Assembly: GCA_965226465.1 (NCBI GenBank)
Contig: OZ245362.1
Span: forward strand, 690,082-754,081
Origin: Parvibaculaceae bacterium
GTDB taxonomy: Bacteria > Pseudomonadota > Alphaproteobacteria > RS24 > CBDDDD01
Reading direction: 5' to 3'
DNA: 64,000 nucleotides
A model generated the notes under the pieces. That model was not told the DNA's origin. It worked only from the letters and a program-made list of their open reading frames with translations, and made no database searches. Shown in pieces: positions 19,934 through 30,589 of the stretch (its first letter is position 1; each line of letters begins with the position of its first letter). Both the position numbers and the translations under genes were made by a program.

Positions 19934-21484
19934 TTATTCCCACTCAATTGTTCCGGGCGGTTTAGAGGTTACATCATAGACCACGCGGTTAATGCCATAT
20001 ACTTCATTGACGATACGGGTTGAAAGGATGGAGAGAAACTCATGGGAAAAAGGATAAGCCTCCGCCGTCATGCCATCAGTAGAGGTAACCGCCCGCACCG
20101 CACAAACATATTCATAACTACGCTCATCGCCCATCACCCCAACCGTCCGCACAGGAAGCAGGACACAAAAGGCTTGCCATATCTCATTATAAAGCCCAGC
20201 TTTGCGAATTTCTTCAAGATAGATTGCATCGGCTTTGCGAAGAATATCCAGCTTTTCCGCCGTAATCGCGCCTGGAATACGAATAGCAAGACCGGGACCG
20301 GGAAAAGGATGCCGCTCAATAAAAGCATCTTCCATGCCAAGCTCTCTTCCCAGCGTCCGCACTTCATCCTTAAAAAGCTCCCTCACCGGCTCAACCAGTT
20401 TCATATTCATCCGCTCCGGCAAACCGCCAACATTATGATGGCTCTTAATCGTAACCGACCCCGACCCCTCCACCGCAGAAACGCTTTCAATCACATCAGG
20501 ATATAAGGTTCCCTGTGCAAGAAAATCAGCCCCGCCTGCTTTTTTTGCTTCCTCTTCAAATATATCAATAAAGCTGGCGCCGATAATTTTTCGCTTTTTT
20601 TCGGGATCGCTGACCCCCTCCAATTTTTCAAGAAAAGTTTTGGAAGCATCCCGATGAACAAGCGGGATATGATAATGATTACGAAACAACTCCACCACCT
20701 GCTCACTTTCGCCCTCACGCATAAAGCCCGTATCCACATATACACAAAGCAATTGCTCGCCAATCGCTTCATGCAAAAGCACGGCAACCACAGAGCTATC
20801 CACCCCCCCTGACAAAGCACATAAGACTTTGGCTTTGCCAAGCTGCGCCCGAATATTGCTAATCGCCTCTTCACGGAAAGAACGCATATTCCACTCCCCC
20901 TTACATGCCGCAATGTTATGGGTGAAGTTTTTCAGCAATGCCGCCCCCTTTGGCGTATGGATAACTTCAGGGTGAAATTGCAGCCCATAAAAATGCCTCT
21001 TTTCATCTGCAATGGCTGCCATAGGCGCATTCTCACTTGCCGCCACAATACGAAATCCTTGCGGTAATTTCCCAACCCTATCGCCATGGCTCATCCATAC
21101 ACGCATGGTTTCCTGCTTTTTTGCAATGCCATCAAATAAAGGGCAAGGGTTCTCAAGAATAATATCCGCCCTTCCAAACTCACGCTCTTTAGCGGAAGTG
21201 ACCTCACCGCCCAATTGCTTACACATAGCCTGCTGACCATAACAAATTCCCAATATGGGAACGCCCAATGTAAATATCGCCTCATCAATATGGGGAGCAT
21301 TTTCAGCACTTATACTGGCAGGACCACCGGAGAGAATAATCCCCAATGGCGAAAGTTTTTTCAGCAAAGCCTCATTAACGGCTTGATAGGGGTGAATTTC
21401 AGAATAGACCCCGCTTTCCCTTACCCTTCTGGCAATAAGCTGTGTGAGCTGACTACCAAAATCTATAATGAGGATATTTTCCAT
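19934..21484 (-). CDS. guaA: glutamine-hydrolysing GMP synthase
   Basis: 516 aa with GATase1 (GICYGQQ, HPE), the ATP-PPase motif SGGVDSSV and the C terminus ...PPGTIEWE. Confidence 0.9.
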   Translation of the reverse strand: MENILIIDFGSQLTQLIARRVRESGVYSEIHPYQAVNEALLKKLSPLGIILSGGPASISAENAPHIDEAIFTLGVPILGICYGQQAMCKQLGGEVTSAKEREFGRADIILENPCPLFDGIAKKQETMRVWMSHGDRVGKLPQGFRIVAASENAPMAAIADEKRHFYGLQFHPEVIHTPKGAALLKNFTHNIAACKGEWNMRSFREEAISNIRAQLGKAKVLCALSGGVDSSVVAVLLHEAIGEQLLCVYVDTGFMREGESEQVVELFRNHYHIPLVHRDASKTFLEKLEGVSDPEKKRKIIGASFIDIFEEEAKKAGGADFLAQGTLYPDVIESVSAVEGSGSVTIKSHHNVGGLPERMNMKLVEPVRELFKDEVRTLGRELGMEDAFIERHPFPGPGLAIRIPGAITAEKLDILRKADAIYLEEIRKAGLYNEIWQAFCVLLPVRTVGVMGDERSYEYVCAVRAVTSTDGMTAEAYPFSHEFLSILSTRIVNEVYGINRVVYDVTSKPPGTIEWE

Positions 21485-21493
21485 GAAAGGACC

Positions 21494-22039
21494 TTATTGC
21501 TCTTCTGATGTAGATGGCTTCTCTTCTTTATTTTCATTAAGCTGACGAATACTTTCTTCATTAAGGCGTTTTTCTTCTGCCTCCTCTTTGGCAAGTTTTT
21601 CATTATCAAATTCCTGAATTTCACTTTTCAGGGTTGTAATCTCTTTGCATTTTTTACAAATTTTTTGCAAATGGGCGAGCTTATCCATTGCCTCTTCCCT
21701 TTCTCCAAGGGCAAGATTTGTCTTTGCCGCCCAGTGCCATAACTCAGAAACCGAAGGAGTAAGCGAAATGGCTTGAGCAAAATATCTTTTTGCATTTTCA
21801 TAATATTTTTGCTGATAGGCAGAATATCCTAAATAGCTAAAAGCTTCATCATTGGCAGGATTGGCGATAATTGCCTGCTCCAAAAGAATATCGCTTTGAG
21901 GGAAATATTTCTCCTCATACCACAACATGGCTTGGGCGGTGAGCTGTTTAGAAACTTCTGGCAGCGAAAGCGTCTGTGCAGAAACAGAAGATGCCATAAA
22001 AAACACAAGAAGCATGATATAGATAGGGAATATTCTCAT
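21494..22039 (-). CDS. secreted TPR-repeat protein with an acidic coiled-coil tail
   Basis: Signal peptide ([22 protein letters not shown]) and TPR-like A..Y...G.....Y..A periodicity. It sits between guaB and guaA. Confidence 0.5.
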   Translation of the reverse strand: MRIFPIYIMLLVFFMASSVSAQTLSLPEVSKQLTAQAMLWYEEKYFPQSDILLEQAIIANPANDEAFSYLGYSAYQQKYYENAKRYFAQAISLTPSVSELWHWAAKTNLALGEREEAMDKLAHLQKICKKCKEITTLKSEIQEFDNEKLAKEEAEEKRLNEESIRQLNENKEEKPSTSEEQ

Positions 22040-23565
22040 TCTGTTTCCGCCTTTGGATAGTTAGGTGCCTGCCTTGTAATGGTAACATCATGAACATGAC
22101 TTTCACGATATGCCGCCGAGCTGATACGAACAAATTGCGCCTTTTTTTGCAAAGCGGGAATATTTTCTGCACCGAGATATCCCATTGCCGCCCGCAATCC
22201 CCCAATTAATTGATGGATAACCACCGCCGCCGATCCTTTATAGGGTATCTGCCCCTCAATACCCTCAGGAACGAGCTTCAGACTATCATCAATATCCTGC
22301 TGAAAATATCTGTCAGCCGAGCCTTGCGCCATTGCCCCTACAGACCCCATGCCCCGATAGCTTTTATAGCTCCTCCCCTGATAGAGGAACACCTCGCCCG
22401 GACTTTCACTGGTTCCCGCAAGCAATGCGCCGACCATAATGGCATTTGCCCCCGCCGCAATGGCTTTTGCAAAATCCCCTGAGAACCGCACCCCGCCATC
22501 GGCAATGGCGGGTATTTTTGCAGCTTTCACAATTTCCACCACATCAAGAATGGCAGTAAGCTGAGGCACGCCGACACCAGCAACAATACGAGTTGTGCAA
22601 ATAGAGCCTGGACCAATGCCTATCTTAATGGCATCCGCCCCCGCCCCAATTAATGTTTTGGCAGCCTCACCCGTTGCTACATTTCCTGCCATAATTTCTG
22701 ATTTAGGAAAGGCTTTTTTAAGCCTTGTAACGGCTTTGGGAACCGAGCTTGAATGCCCATGAGCGGTATCAATGACAATAAGGTCGGCACCGGCTTCCAA
22801 TAAAGCACTGCTTCTTAAAAAGCCAACCTCACCCACCGTGCTTGCCGCCGCCACCCGCAAGCGGGCTTGTTTATCTTTGGTGGCATGGGGATGGGCATTG
22901 GCATTTTCTATATCCTTAACGGTGATAAGCCCAACACAATGATAATCCTTATTAACAACCAATAGCTTTTCTATACGATGATGATGGAGCAATTTTTTTG
23001 CTTCCCCTGTTTTTACATTCTCACGCACGGTTACCAGCTTGTCTTTTGTCATTAATGTGCTGACCTGCTGTTTTAGATTATCGGCAAAGCGTACATCCCG
23101 ATGGGTAAGAATACCGACCAGCTTCCCTGAGCTTTCAGTAACAGGCAGGGATGAAATATTATGCCCCGCCATAAGGGACAGGGCTTCGGCAAGCTTCATA
23201 TTGGGGCGAATGGTTACGGGGTCTACAACCATTCCGCTTTCAAAGCGTTTCACTTTACGGACTTGGTCGGCTTGGTCTTCAGGGGACATATTCCGGTGCA
23301 GAACACCCATGCCGCCCGCTTGTGCAAGCGTAATAGCAAGCTCGGATTCCGTAACCGTATCCATAGCCGCCGAAAGCAGCGGCAGCCCTAATGTTATATT
23401 TTTGGTAAGCTGTGTATGAGTATCCACCTCGGCGGGCATGATATTGGATTGCGCAGGCACAAGCAGAACATCGTCAAAAGTCAATGCTTCTCTAAAAGAA
23501 TGATATTTGGATTTATTTGTCACCATGCCACCAGCTTCCTCTGTATTGGCAAATTGTCCTATCAT
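22036..23565 (-). CDS. guaB: IMP dehydrogenase
   Basis: [11 protein letters not shown], a CBS pair, the catalytic loop [11 protein letters not shown] and GGVRFSGD. The start may be the internal Met (MVTNKS...). Confidence 0.9.
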   Translation of the reverse strand: MIGQFANTEEAGGMVTNKSKYHSFREALTFDDVLLVPAQSNIMPAEVDTHTQLTKNITLGLPLLSAAMDTVTESELAITLAQAGGMGVLHRNMSPEDQADQVRKVKRFESGMVVDPVTIRPNMKLAEALSLMAGHNISSLPVTESSGKLVGILTHRDVRFADNLKQQVSTLMTKDKLVTVRENVKTGEAKKLLHHHRIEKLLVVNKDYHCVGLITVKDIENANAHPHATKDKQARLRVAAASTVGEVGFLRSSALLEAGADLIVIDTAHGHSSSVPKAVTRLKKAFPKSEIMAGNVATGEAAKTLIGAGADAIKIGIGPGSICTTRIVAGVGVPQLTAILDVVEIVKAAKIPAIADGGVRFSGDFAKAIAAGANAIMVGALLAGTSESPGEVFLYQGRSYKSYRGMGSVGAMAQGSADRYFQQDIDDSLKLVPEGIEGQIPYKGSAAVVIHQLIGGLRAAMGYLGAENIPALQKKAQFVRISSAAYRESHVHDVTITRQAPNYPKAETE

Positions 23566-23600
23566 ATTCCAGGCTGTAAGACAAAGTTTTTATTCAAATC

Positions 23601-24275
23601 CTATGACAAGCGGGAAAGCGCAAGCACATACATCTCAACCGACTCCTTGCGGCTTGCCTTAGGCTTAAAATGAATTACCTTCTCAAACCCGCTTTTCAAG
23701 CGCTCAAGCAGCTCTTTTTGCGTCCCTCCCTGAAATACTTTGGTGCAAAAATTTCCCTTTGGGCGCAGGAGAGAAAAAGCATATTCCGCCGCAAGCTCAG
23801 CAAGGGCTTGTGTGCGCAAATGGTCTGTCTGGCGATGACCGGTTACAGGAGCGGCAATATCAGAAAGCACGGCATGAAAAAGCCCCCCTGCATGGTCTTT
23901 GATTTTTTGCAACGCACCTTCCTCATATAAATCCAATTGCAAAAACTCCACCCCTGCAATAGGCTCCATATCAGCAATATCAATAGCGAGAATTTTCCCC
24001 CCCTCACCAATATAATCGTTAGCAATCTGGCTCCAACCGCCAGGAGCCGCCCCAAGGTCAAGCACATGGCTTCCCTTTTCCAGCAAATGATACCGCTCCT
24101 CAATTTCCTTCAGCTTAAACGCCGCCCGCGAGCGATAGCCCTCCTCTTTGGCAGCGGCGACATAGGGGTCATTAATCTGCCTTTGCAACCATCGGGCAGA
24201 GGAAGTTTTGCGCCCTCTTGCCGTTTGCAAACGAGCTTTTATCCTGCCTTTTCTGGTATTTTTTTTCTCTGGCAT
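23601..24275 (-). CDS. rlmE: 23S rRNA (uridine2552-2'-O)-methyltransferase RlmE/FtsJ
   Basis: W..RQ.NDPYV..A...GYRSRAA.KL and DLGAAPGGWSQ motifs. Confidence 0.85.
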   Translation of the reverse strand: MPEKKNTRKGRIKARLQTARGRKTSSARWLQRQINDPYVAAAKEEGYRSRAAFKLKEIEERYHLLEKGSHVLDLGAAPGGWSQIANDYIGEGGKILAIDIADMEPIAGVEFLQLDLYEEGALQKIKDHAGGLFHAVLSDIAAPVTGHRQTDHLRTQALAELAAEYAFSLLRPKGNFCTKVFQGGTQKELLERLKSGFEKVIHFKPKASRKESVEMYVLALSRLS

Positions 24276-24349
24276 TGTTTTATTTCCATTTTATGTTTCT
24301 CACTATGCAATCTTGCCTGAAAAGGGTAGGAATAGAAAGTTTTTGTCAA

Positions 24350-24423
24350 TGGGAGATCGTCTAATGGTAGGACTACGGACTCTGACTCCGTCAATGCTGG
24401 TTCGAATCCAGCTCTCCCAGCCA
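24350..24423 (+). tRNA. tRNA-Gln (anticodon CTG), CCA encoded
   Basis: Hand-folded cloverleaf. The acceptor stem TGGGAGA pairs with TCTCCCA, followed by G-CCA. The anticodon stem ACGGA/TCCGT flanks the loop CT-CTG-AC. The T-loop is GGTTCGAATCC. Confidence 0.88.
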
Positions 24424-24426
24424 AGC

Positions 24427-25206
24427 TTATTTCTGCTTCTCTTCCTCTTTTGCATAGCACCACGCACTCCACGGCAGAGTGGAGAGATAAAGGGCACATA
24501 AAACCGAAAGCCCAACCCATGGATAGGTAAGCACCGCACCCACAGCAAGCGTTACAAGGAGGAGCAGAGGCAGTGCCAGCTTTTTCGGAATAGTAAAGCG
24601 CACAGGTTTAGGCGAGAATGTAGGAATATTACTGACCATGAGCAGACCGATAATAGCACAATAAAGGCTTATCAATATAGGCAAATCCCGAAACAGCGGC
24701 ACACCCCAAAAGTCCAAATATAAGGGGAGCATAACCAGCCCCGCCGCACCGGGCGAGGGTATCCCTACAAAATAATTATATTCCCATGGGTCTTTTTTTC
24801 TATGCTCCATATCAACATGAAAGCGAGCAAGGCGCAGCGCTCCGCATACAGCATAACAAAGCACCCCAAGCCATCCAAATTTTTGCAGGCTATCAGGCTG
24901 CCATAAATAGATGAGCAAAACAGGCGTGATACCGAAATTAAAGAAATCAGCCAAGCTATCCAATTGCGCCCCCATACGCGATTGCGCCCCCAGCATACGG
25001 GCAATCCGCCCATCAATACCGTCCAAAAATCCGGCAGCAATAAGCGATAATACGGCAAGCTTAAACCGCCCATCAATGCCAAGTCGCAAAGCAGTAAGCG
25101 CAAGGCAAATAGCCCCAAGCGTTAGCGCATTGGGAACAAGCCTACGAATAGACAGCATACTGAGCTTTTTTTCTTCCGCTTTCGGATTTTTCTGTTTTTG
25201 TGTCAT
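24427..25206 (-). CDS. pssA: CDP-diacylglycerol--serine O-phosphatidyltransferase
   Basis: CDP-alcohol phosphatidyltransferase motif DGIDGRIARMLGAQSRMGAQLDSLAD, a multi-TM protein, adjacent to psd. Confidence 0.8.
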   Translation of the reverse strand: MTQKQKNPKAEEKKLSMLSIRRLVPNALTLGAICLALTALRLGIDGRFKLAVLSLIAAGFLDGIDGRIARMLGAQSRMGAQLDSLADFFNFGITPVLLIYLWQPDSLQKFGWLGVLCYAVCGALRLARFHVDMEHRKKDPWEYNYFVGIPSPGAAGLVMLPLYLDFWGVPLFRDLPILISLYCAIIGLLMVSNIPTFSPKPVRFTIPKKLALPLLLLVTLAVGAVLTYPWVGLSVLCALYLSTLPWSAWCYAKEEEKQK

Positions 25207-25228
25207 ATTTTCAAAACCTCTCTTCTGC

Positions 25229-25933
25229 TTAGCTTATCAGAATATCCCCTGCTATTTCTTCTGAATGTAAATTGGCAAAAACGGTTTCCCCCCCAATGGC
25301 TCTTTGCCCCTCAGCGATAAGCGGCTCTGCGCCAATGGGCAAATAGACATCCACGCGGCTACCAAAGCGGATAAGACCAAACACTTGCCCAGCATGGAGC
25401 CTCTCTCCGGGCTTAGCATAGCACATGATGCGGCGCGCCACCAATCCGGCAATTTGCACAAAAGCGAGGGTTTTTTTTCCGTCCATATCTATCAATATTG
25501 CATTTCTTTCATTTTTTTCAGATGCCTTGTCCAAAGATGCATTAAAAAACTTGCCCTTACTATAGACAATGGAAGATATTTTTCCGGCAGCGGGAGCACG
25601 GTTCACATGGCAATCAAAAACATTCATGAAAACGGAAATACATATTCTTTCCTGCTTACCCATTCTCAGCTCAATGGGCGGCGGTTTTTTTGCAATTTTA
25701 CAAATAACGCCATCAGCAGGGCTCATAATCAGCCCCTTTTTTTGCCTTGTTATCCTTTCGGGATTACGAAAGAAATATATGCACCAAATAGTAAGGATGG
25801 TTCCCAGCCACCCAAGCAGTGCCCATATTTGAAAAAGGATAAAACTGGCAATAGCAAAAGCAAGAATAAACTTATGCCCATCATGATGAATGGGTGTGAT
25901 AATTCGGGATAAAAGACTTGAAAAAACATTCAT
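25229..25933 (-). CDS. psd: phosphatidylserine decarboxylase proenzyme (short form)
   Basis: 234 aa with an N-terminal TM segment and the self-cleavage region LIRFGSRVDVYLP (GS motif). Confidence 0.8.
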   Translation of the reverse strand: MNVFSSLLSRIITPIHHDGHKFILAFAIASFILFQIWALLGWLGTILTIWCIYFFRNPERITRQKKGLIMSPADGVICKIAKKPPPIELRMGKQERICISVFMNVFDCHVNRAPAAGKISSIVYSKGKFFNASLDKASEKNERNAILIDMDGKKTLAFVQIAGLVARRIMCYAKPGERLHAGQVFGLIRFGSRVDVYLPIGAEPLIAEGQRAIGGETVFANLHSEEIAGDILIS

Positions 25934-25937
25934 ATTT

Positions 25938-27533
25938 CTATTGTACCTTTCCTGCTTTTTCCTTCACCAATTTATAGAACAGGCTATCACGCAATGCCTG
26001 AAAGGAAGCTTGGACGATATTTTCCGATACCCCGACCGTAAACCACCGCTCCCCTTTTCCATCCATGGTTTCAATCAGCACACGGGTTACCGCATCCGTA
26101 CCCGATGTCAGAATGCGCACCTTAAAATCAACAAGGCGCATATCTTCAATATATTTCTGATAGCATCCAAGGTCTTTTCTCAATGCCATATCAAGGGCAT
26201 TAACAGGACCATTTCCCTCACCGGTTGAAGATATTTCTTTTCCCTCAATCATAAGCTTAACGCTTGCAAGGGAGCGGGATTTTTTATTTTTCCCCTCATA
26301 TTCAACGCTCACCCGAAACCCCTTAACGGTAAAATATTCCGGCACCTCTCCCAGAAAACGCCGCACCAGCAGCTCAAAACTGGCATCGGCACCATCATAG
26401 CTATAGCCTTGAGCAGAAAGGCTTTTCACCTTTTGCAACAGCTCCTCTATGGTTTTGGATTTCGGGTCAAGCGTAATGCCAACCTGTTTGAGGCGGTGAA
26501 GCACATTACTTCTCCCCGCCTGGTCAGAGATAAGAATTTGCCGATTATTACCGACAAGAGCAGGCTCAATATGCTCATAGGTTTTCGGGTCTTTCTGCAC
26601 GGCAGAAACATGAATGCCCCCCTTATGGGCAAAAGCGGCATCTCCAACATAGGGCGCATGCTGATTGGAAGCACGGTTCAGCAATTCGTCCAATTGGCGC
26701 GAAATGGAAGAAAGCGAGGCAAGGGATTTTTTGCTTACTCCTATTGTAAATTGTTTTGCAAAATCTTCCTTTAGCAAAAGCGTTGGCAGCAAGGTTACAA
26801 TATCGGCATTTCCGCAACGCTCGCCAAGCCCGTTAAGCGTTCCCTGTAATTGCCGCACACCTGCCCCAATAGCAGCAAGCGAATTGGCAACGGCATTGCC
26901 GGTATCATTATGGGCATGAATACCCAAGCTTTCTCCGGGAATAATTTTACAGACATCTTTAACAATTTCAGAAACTTCATGCGGCAATGTTCCGCCATTT
27001 GTATCACATAACACCACCCAGCGCGCCCCCTGCTCATATATGGCTTTGGCGCATTGCAATGCATATTGGCGGTTTGCCTTATAGCCATCAAAAAAATGCT
27101 CACAATCAATCATTGCCTCCCGCCCCTCTTTTTTGACGGCAGCGACACTTTCCTGAATAGAAATGAGGTTTTCTTCAAGCGTAATGCCAAGGGCAAGCTC
27201 CACATGATAATCCCAGCTTTTTGCGACCATACAGATTGCGGGGGCTTTTGTGTTTAATAGGGTAGCCAGCCCCGTATCATTGGAAGCCGAACGCCCCGCC
27301 CTTTTTGTCATGCCAAAAGCGGTCAGAATTGCGTTTTTCAGCTTTGGGGGAGAAGCAAAAAACTCGCTATCGGTTGGATTTGCACCCGGATAGCCGCCCT
27401 CAATATAATCCACCCCCAAGCCGTCCAGCATTTGAGCAATAAATTTCTTTTCCTCCACCGAAAAGTCAATACCTGCCGTCTGCTGTCCATCCCGCAAAGT
27501 TGTATCAAAAATATATAATTTTTCTTTAGTCAT
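25938..27533 (-). CDS. cimA: citramalate synthase / 2-isopropylmalate synthase family enzyme
   Basis: The LYIFDTTLRDGQQ HMGL-like motif, H.HNDTG and a LeuA-type C-terminal regulatory domain. I chose the start at MTKEKLYIF (27533) to avoid a 25-nt overlap with gltX. Confidence 0.7.
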   Translation of the reverse strand: MTKEKLYIFDTTLRDGQQTAGIDFSVEEKKFIAQMLDGLGVDYIEGGYPGANPTDSEFFASPPKLKNAILTAFGMTKRAGRSASNDTGLATLLNTKAPAICMVAKSWDYHVELALGITLEENLISIQESVAAVKKEGREAMIDCEHFFDGYKANRQYALQCAKAIYEQGARWVVLCDTNGGTLPHEVSEIVKDVCKIIPGESLGIHAHNDTGNAVANSLAAIGAGVRQLQGTLNGLGERCGNADIVTLLPTLLLKEDFAKQFTIGVSKKSLASLSSISRQLDELLNRASNQHAPYVGDAAFAHKGGIHVSAVQKDPKTYEHIEPALVGNNRQILISDQAGRSNVLHRLKQVGITLDPKSKTIEELLQKVKSLSAQGYSYDGADASFELLVRRFLGEVPEYFTVKGFRVSVEYEGKNKKSRSLASVKLMIEGKEISSTGEGNGPVNALDMALRKDLGCYQKYIEDMRLVDFKVRILTSGTDAVTRVLIETMDGKGERWFTVGVSENIVQASFQALRDSLFYKLVKEKAGKVQ

Positions 27534-27547
27534 TTTCTCACAATAGC

Positions 27548-28882
27548 TTATTCCTGCCCTCCACTCAAACACGCCCTCACCCTTTTCTCTCCCATAAGAG
27601 GAAGCAGCACGCTCATTTCAGGACCATGCTCCTTTCCCGTCAGAGCAAGCCGCAATGGCAGAAAGAGAGCTTTGCCCTTTCTCCCTGTTACTTTTGCAAC
27701 CGCCTTTGTCCAACGCTGCCAAATATTTTCATCCCAAGGCGCAGCAGGCAAATGCTCCAATGCAACAGCAATAAAAGCCTTATCCTCAATCATGCCCTGC
27801 CCCTCCCCTTTCAGAATATTTACATATTCCTCAACATCGGAAAATTTTTCTATATTGCCACATATCGCCTTCCAAAAAGCCTCGCCCTCATCCAGTCCTG
27901 TCTTTTTCAAACGCTCGGCAATAGCGGCATAGGGCATTTCATGTAAAACTCTGGCATTTAAGCGCTCCAGCTCGGCAATATCAAACCGTGCTGCTGAGCG
28001 ACTTAACCCATCAAGGCTAAAGCCCTTAATGAGCTTCTCCATATCATGAAAAGGCTCAATCGCTTCTGCCGTTCCAAGGCGGGCAATAAGACTTATAACC
28101 GCCATTGGCTCAAATCCCTGCTCGTGCAAATCTTTCAAAGAAAGCGACCCGATACGCTTGGAAAGCCCTTCGCCATCTGCCCCAATTAAAAGCGCATGAT
28201 GGGCAAATTGTGGAGGCTTTGCACCCAATGCCTCAAATATTTCAATCTGTGCCGCACTATTGGTCACATGGTCTTCACCACGAATAATATGGCTCACCAT
28301 AAGCTCTATATCATCCACCACGCTAGGCAAGGTATAAAGAAACTGCCCATCCTCACGCAATATAACAGGGTCAGAAAGGCTTGCCGTATCCACTTTTTGC
28401 TCCCCACGCACCCCATCCTGCCATTTGACAATTTTTCCCGAAAGCTTGAACCGCCAATGCGGCTTCCGCCCCTCCCCCTCAAGCACAGAACGCTCCCCAT
28501 CACCAAGCGCAAGCCCCGCCCTATCATATATAGGAGGCTTACCACGAGCGAGCTGGCGCTTTCTCTTTCTCTCCAATTCCTCTGCGCTTTCATAGCAGGC
28601 ATAGACCAATCCTTTTTTGCGCAGTGTACTGAGAGCCTTTTGATAATTGTCCATCCTCTCGCTTTGGCGTGTCATTTCATCATGGGTAATGCCGAGCCAT
28701 TTCAGATCGCGGATAATCCCCTCCACATATTCCTCCTTAGAACGGCTTTGGTCTGTATCATCAATTCGCAATAGGAACTTCCCTCCCATTGAGCGGATAT
28801 AGAGCCAGTTCAACAGAGCGGTACGAAAATTACCGACATGCAGCAGACCGGTAGGGCTAGGGGCAAAGCGTGTGCGGTTCAT
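27548..28882 (-). CDS. gltX: glutamyl-tRNA synthetase (short 444-aa form)
   Basis: RFAPSPTGLLHVGN (HIGH region) and a KMSKS-like motif GLSKR. Confidence 0.85.
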   Translation of the reverse strand: MNRTRFAPSPTGLLHVGNFRTALLNWLYIRSMGGKFLLRIDDTDQSRSKEEYVEGIIRDLKWLGITHDEMTRQSERMDNYQKALSTLRKKGLVYACYESAEELERKRKRQLARGKPPIYDRAGLALGDGERSVLEGEGRKPHWRFKLSGKIVKWQDGVRGEQKVDTASLSDPVILREDGQFLYTLPSVVDDIELMVSHIIRGEDHVTNSAAQIEIFEALGAKPPQFAHHALLIGADGEGLSKRIGSLSLKDLHEQGFEPMAVISLIARLGTAEAIEPFHDMEKLIKGFSLDGLSRSAARFDIAELERLNARVLHEMPYAAIAERLKKTGLDEGEAFWKAICGNIEKFSDVEEYVNILKGEGQGMIEDKAFIAVALEHLPAAPWDENIWQRWTKAVAKVTGRKGKALFLPLRLALTGKEHGPEMSVLLPLMGEKRVRACLSGGQE

Positions 28883-30534
28883 TGCTGTGCCTCCCGAAAG
28901 TCATGGGTAATCGGATACCGCCGACCTCTTCCAAAATTACGCAGATTAACCCGAATACCGGGAGAAGCCTGGCGGCGTTTATACTCAGCACGATAAAGCA
29001 AATGCTCAACCTTCCGAAGCAATGGCGCACCATAGCCCTGCTTTTCCAACTCACTAAGCGGTGTTTCCCTTTCTATCATCTCATATAGGATTGCATCCAG
29101 CACCTCATAAGCAGGCAGGCTATCTTCATCTTTCTGGTTTGGCGCAAGCTCGGCACTAGGTGCTTTGGTAAGGATATTCTCAGGCACCCGCACCCCGCCG
29201 CCACCCAATGCGCCAATAGCACCATTTTTATTTCGCCATTTTGCCAACCTATATAGCTCCGTTTTATAAATATCTTTTATGGGATTAAATCCGCCATTCA
29301 TATCGCCATAAAGGGTCGCATATCCGACAGAAAGCTCCGATTTATTTCCGGTCGTCAAAAGAAGCGACCCGAACTTATTGGATAATGCCATTAACACAAC
29401 CCCCCGCAAGCGAGATTGCAGATTTTCTTCGGTAACATCAGCGGGCTTTCCGGCAAAGGTTTTTGCAAGAAGCTTTTCTATGCTCTGATACGGCTCTTCA
29501 ATGGAAAAACTATCCGCACGAAGCCCCAATGCCCGAATAGAAGCGTCGGCATCTTTGCGGCTTTGCTCGCTCGTATAGCGGAAGGGCAAAAAGACGGGAT
29601 GCACCCTCTCCGCCCCCAATGCATCTACAGCAAGGCAGGCGACAAAGGCGCTATCCACCCCACCTGACAGCCCTAATACGACCTTGGGAAAATGATTTTT
29701 CTCAACATAATCGCGAAGCCCCAGCATTAACGCCTGATAGAGCCTCTCCTCCTCGCATTTAGGCTGAGGCGCAAGATAAGGCTTATGGACCCACCCCTTT
29801 TCAGCTTGCCATTTTATGAGTGCCGTTTCCTTCTGCCAAGCGGCAAAGCGGGAATGCAATGTTCCATCTGCCTGCAATAGAAAACTATCTCCATCAAATA
29901 CAAGCTCATCCTGCCCCCCCAATTGATTGAGATAGAGAAGGGGCAATTTCGTTTCCACCGCCCGTGCCGATGCCTGCTCCATCCGCTCCTCTCCCCTACC
30001 CTTGCGATAGGGCGAGGCATTGCCAATAAGCAATAATTCGGCACCCTTTTCCTTGAGGTGCTGGCACAGCTCACTATTCCAAATATCGGCACAAATAGGC
30101 ACGCCGAGCTTCACACCCCGAAACTCCATCGGAGACGGCAAGGGCGGCTTTGCGAAGTTTCGCACCTCATCAAAAACATCCTCATTCGGCAGACAATATT
30201 TATGCGTCAGCCCAGCTACTTTCCCCTTTTCCGCAAGCAGAAAGCTATTATAGAGCTTGCCCTTTTCCAAATATGGCAACCCGATAAGCAGCGCAGGACC
30301 GCCCTCTTTGGTTATGGCAACCAGCCTATCGCATTGTTTTTCAACCGCGCGGAGGAAAGATTTTCGCTGAACAAGGTCCTCAGGAGGATACCCACAAAGG
30401 AACATCTCGCTTGTCATAATAATATCTGCGTCATGATATTTTTGTCTTGCCTCACATATAATATCTCCATTTTTGGGCATATTTCCCAATATTGGATTAT
30501 CCTGTATGACAGCGATAGAAAGACTCTTCATCAT
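28879..30534 (-). CDS. nadE: glutamine-dependent NAD+ synthetase
   Basis: 551 aa with an N-terminal CN-hydrolase domain and a C-terminal NAD synthase domain (LGLSGGVDSA). It overlaps the gltX start by 4 nt. Confidence 0.85.
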   Translation of the reverse strand: MMKSLSIAVIQDNPILGNMPKNGDIICEARQKYHDADIIMTSEMFLCGYPPEDLVQRKSFLRAVEKQCDRLVAITKEGGPALLIGLPYLEKGKLYNSFLLAEKGKVAGLTHKYCLPNEDVFDEVRNFAKPPLPSPMEFRGVKLGVPICADIWNSELCQHLKEKGAELLLIGNASPYRKGRGEERMEQASARAVETKLPLLYLNQLGGQDELVFDGDSFLLQADGTLHSRFAAWQKETALIKWQAEKGWVHKPYLAPQPKCEEERLYQALMLGLRDYVEKNHFPKVVLGLSGGVDSAFVACLAVDALGAERVHPVFLPFRYTSEQSRKDADASIRALGLRADSFSIEEPYQSIEKLLAKTFAGKPADVTEENLQSRLRGVVLMALSNKFGSLLLTTGNKSELSVGYATLYGDMNGGFNPIKDIYKTELYRLAKWRNKNGAIGALGGGGVRVPENILTKAPSAELAPNQKDEDSLPAYEVLDAILYEMIERETPLSELEKQGYGAPLLRKVEHLLYRAEYKRRQASPGIRVNLRNFGRGRRYPITHDFREAQQ

Positions 30535-30589
30535 TACATTGATGTATCCTATGCTTGCGTGTCAGGCAAGCAATGGTTAGTCTATTGAG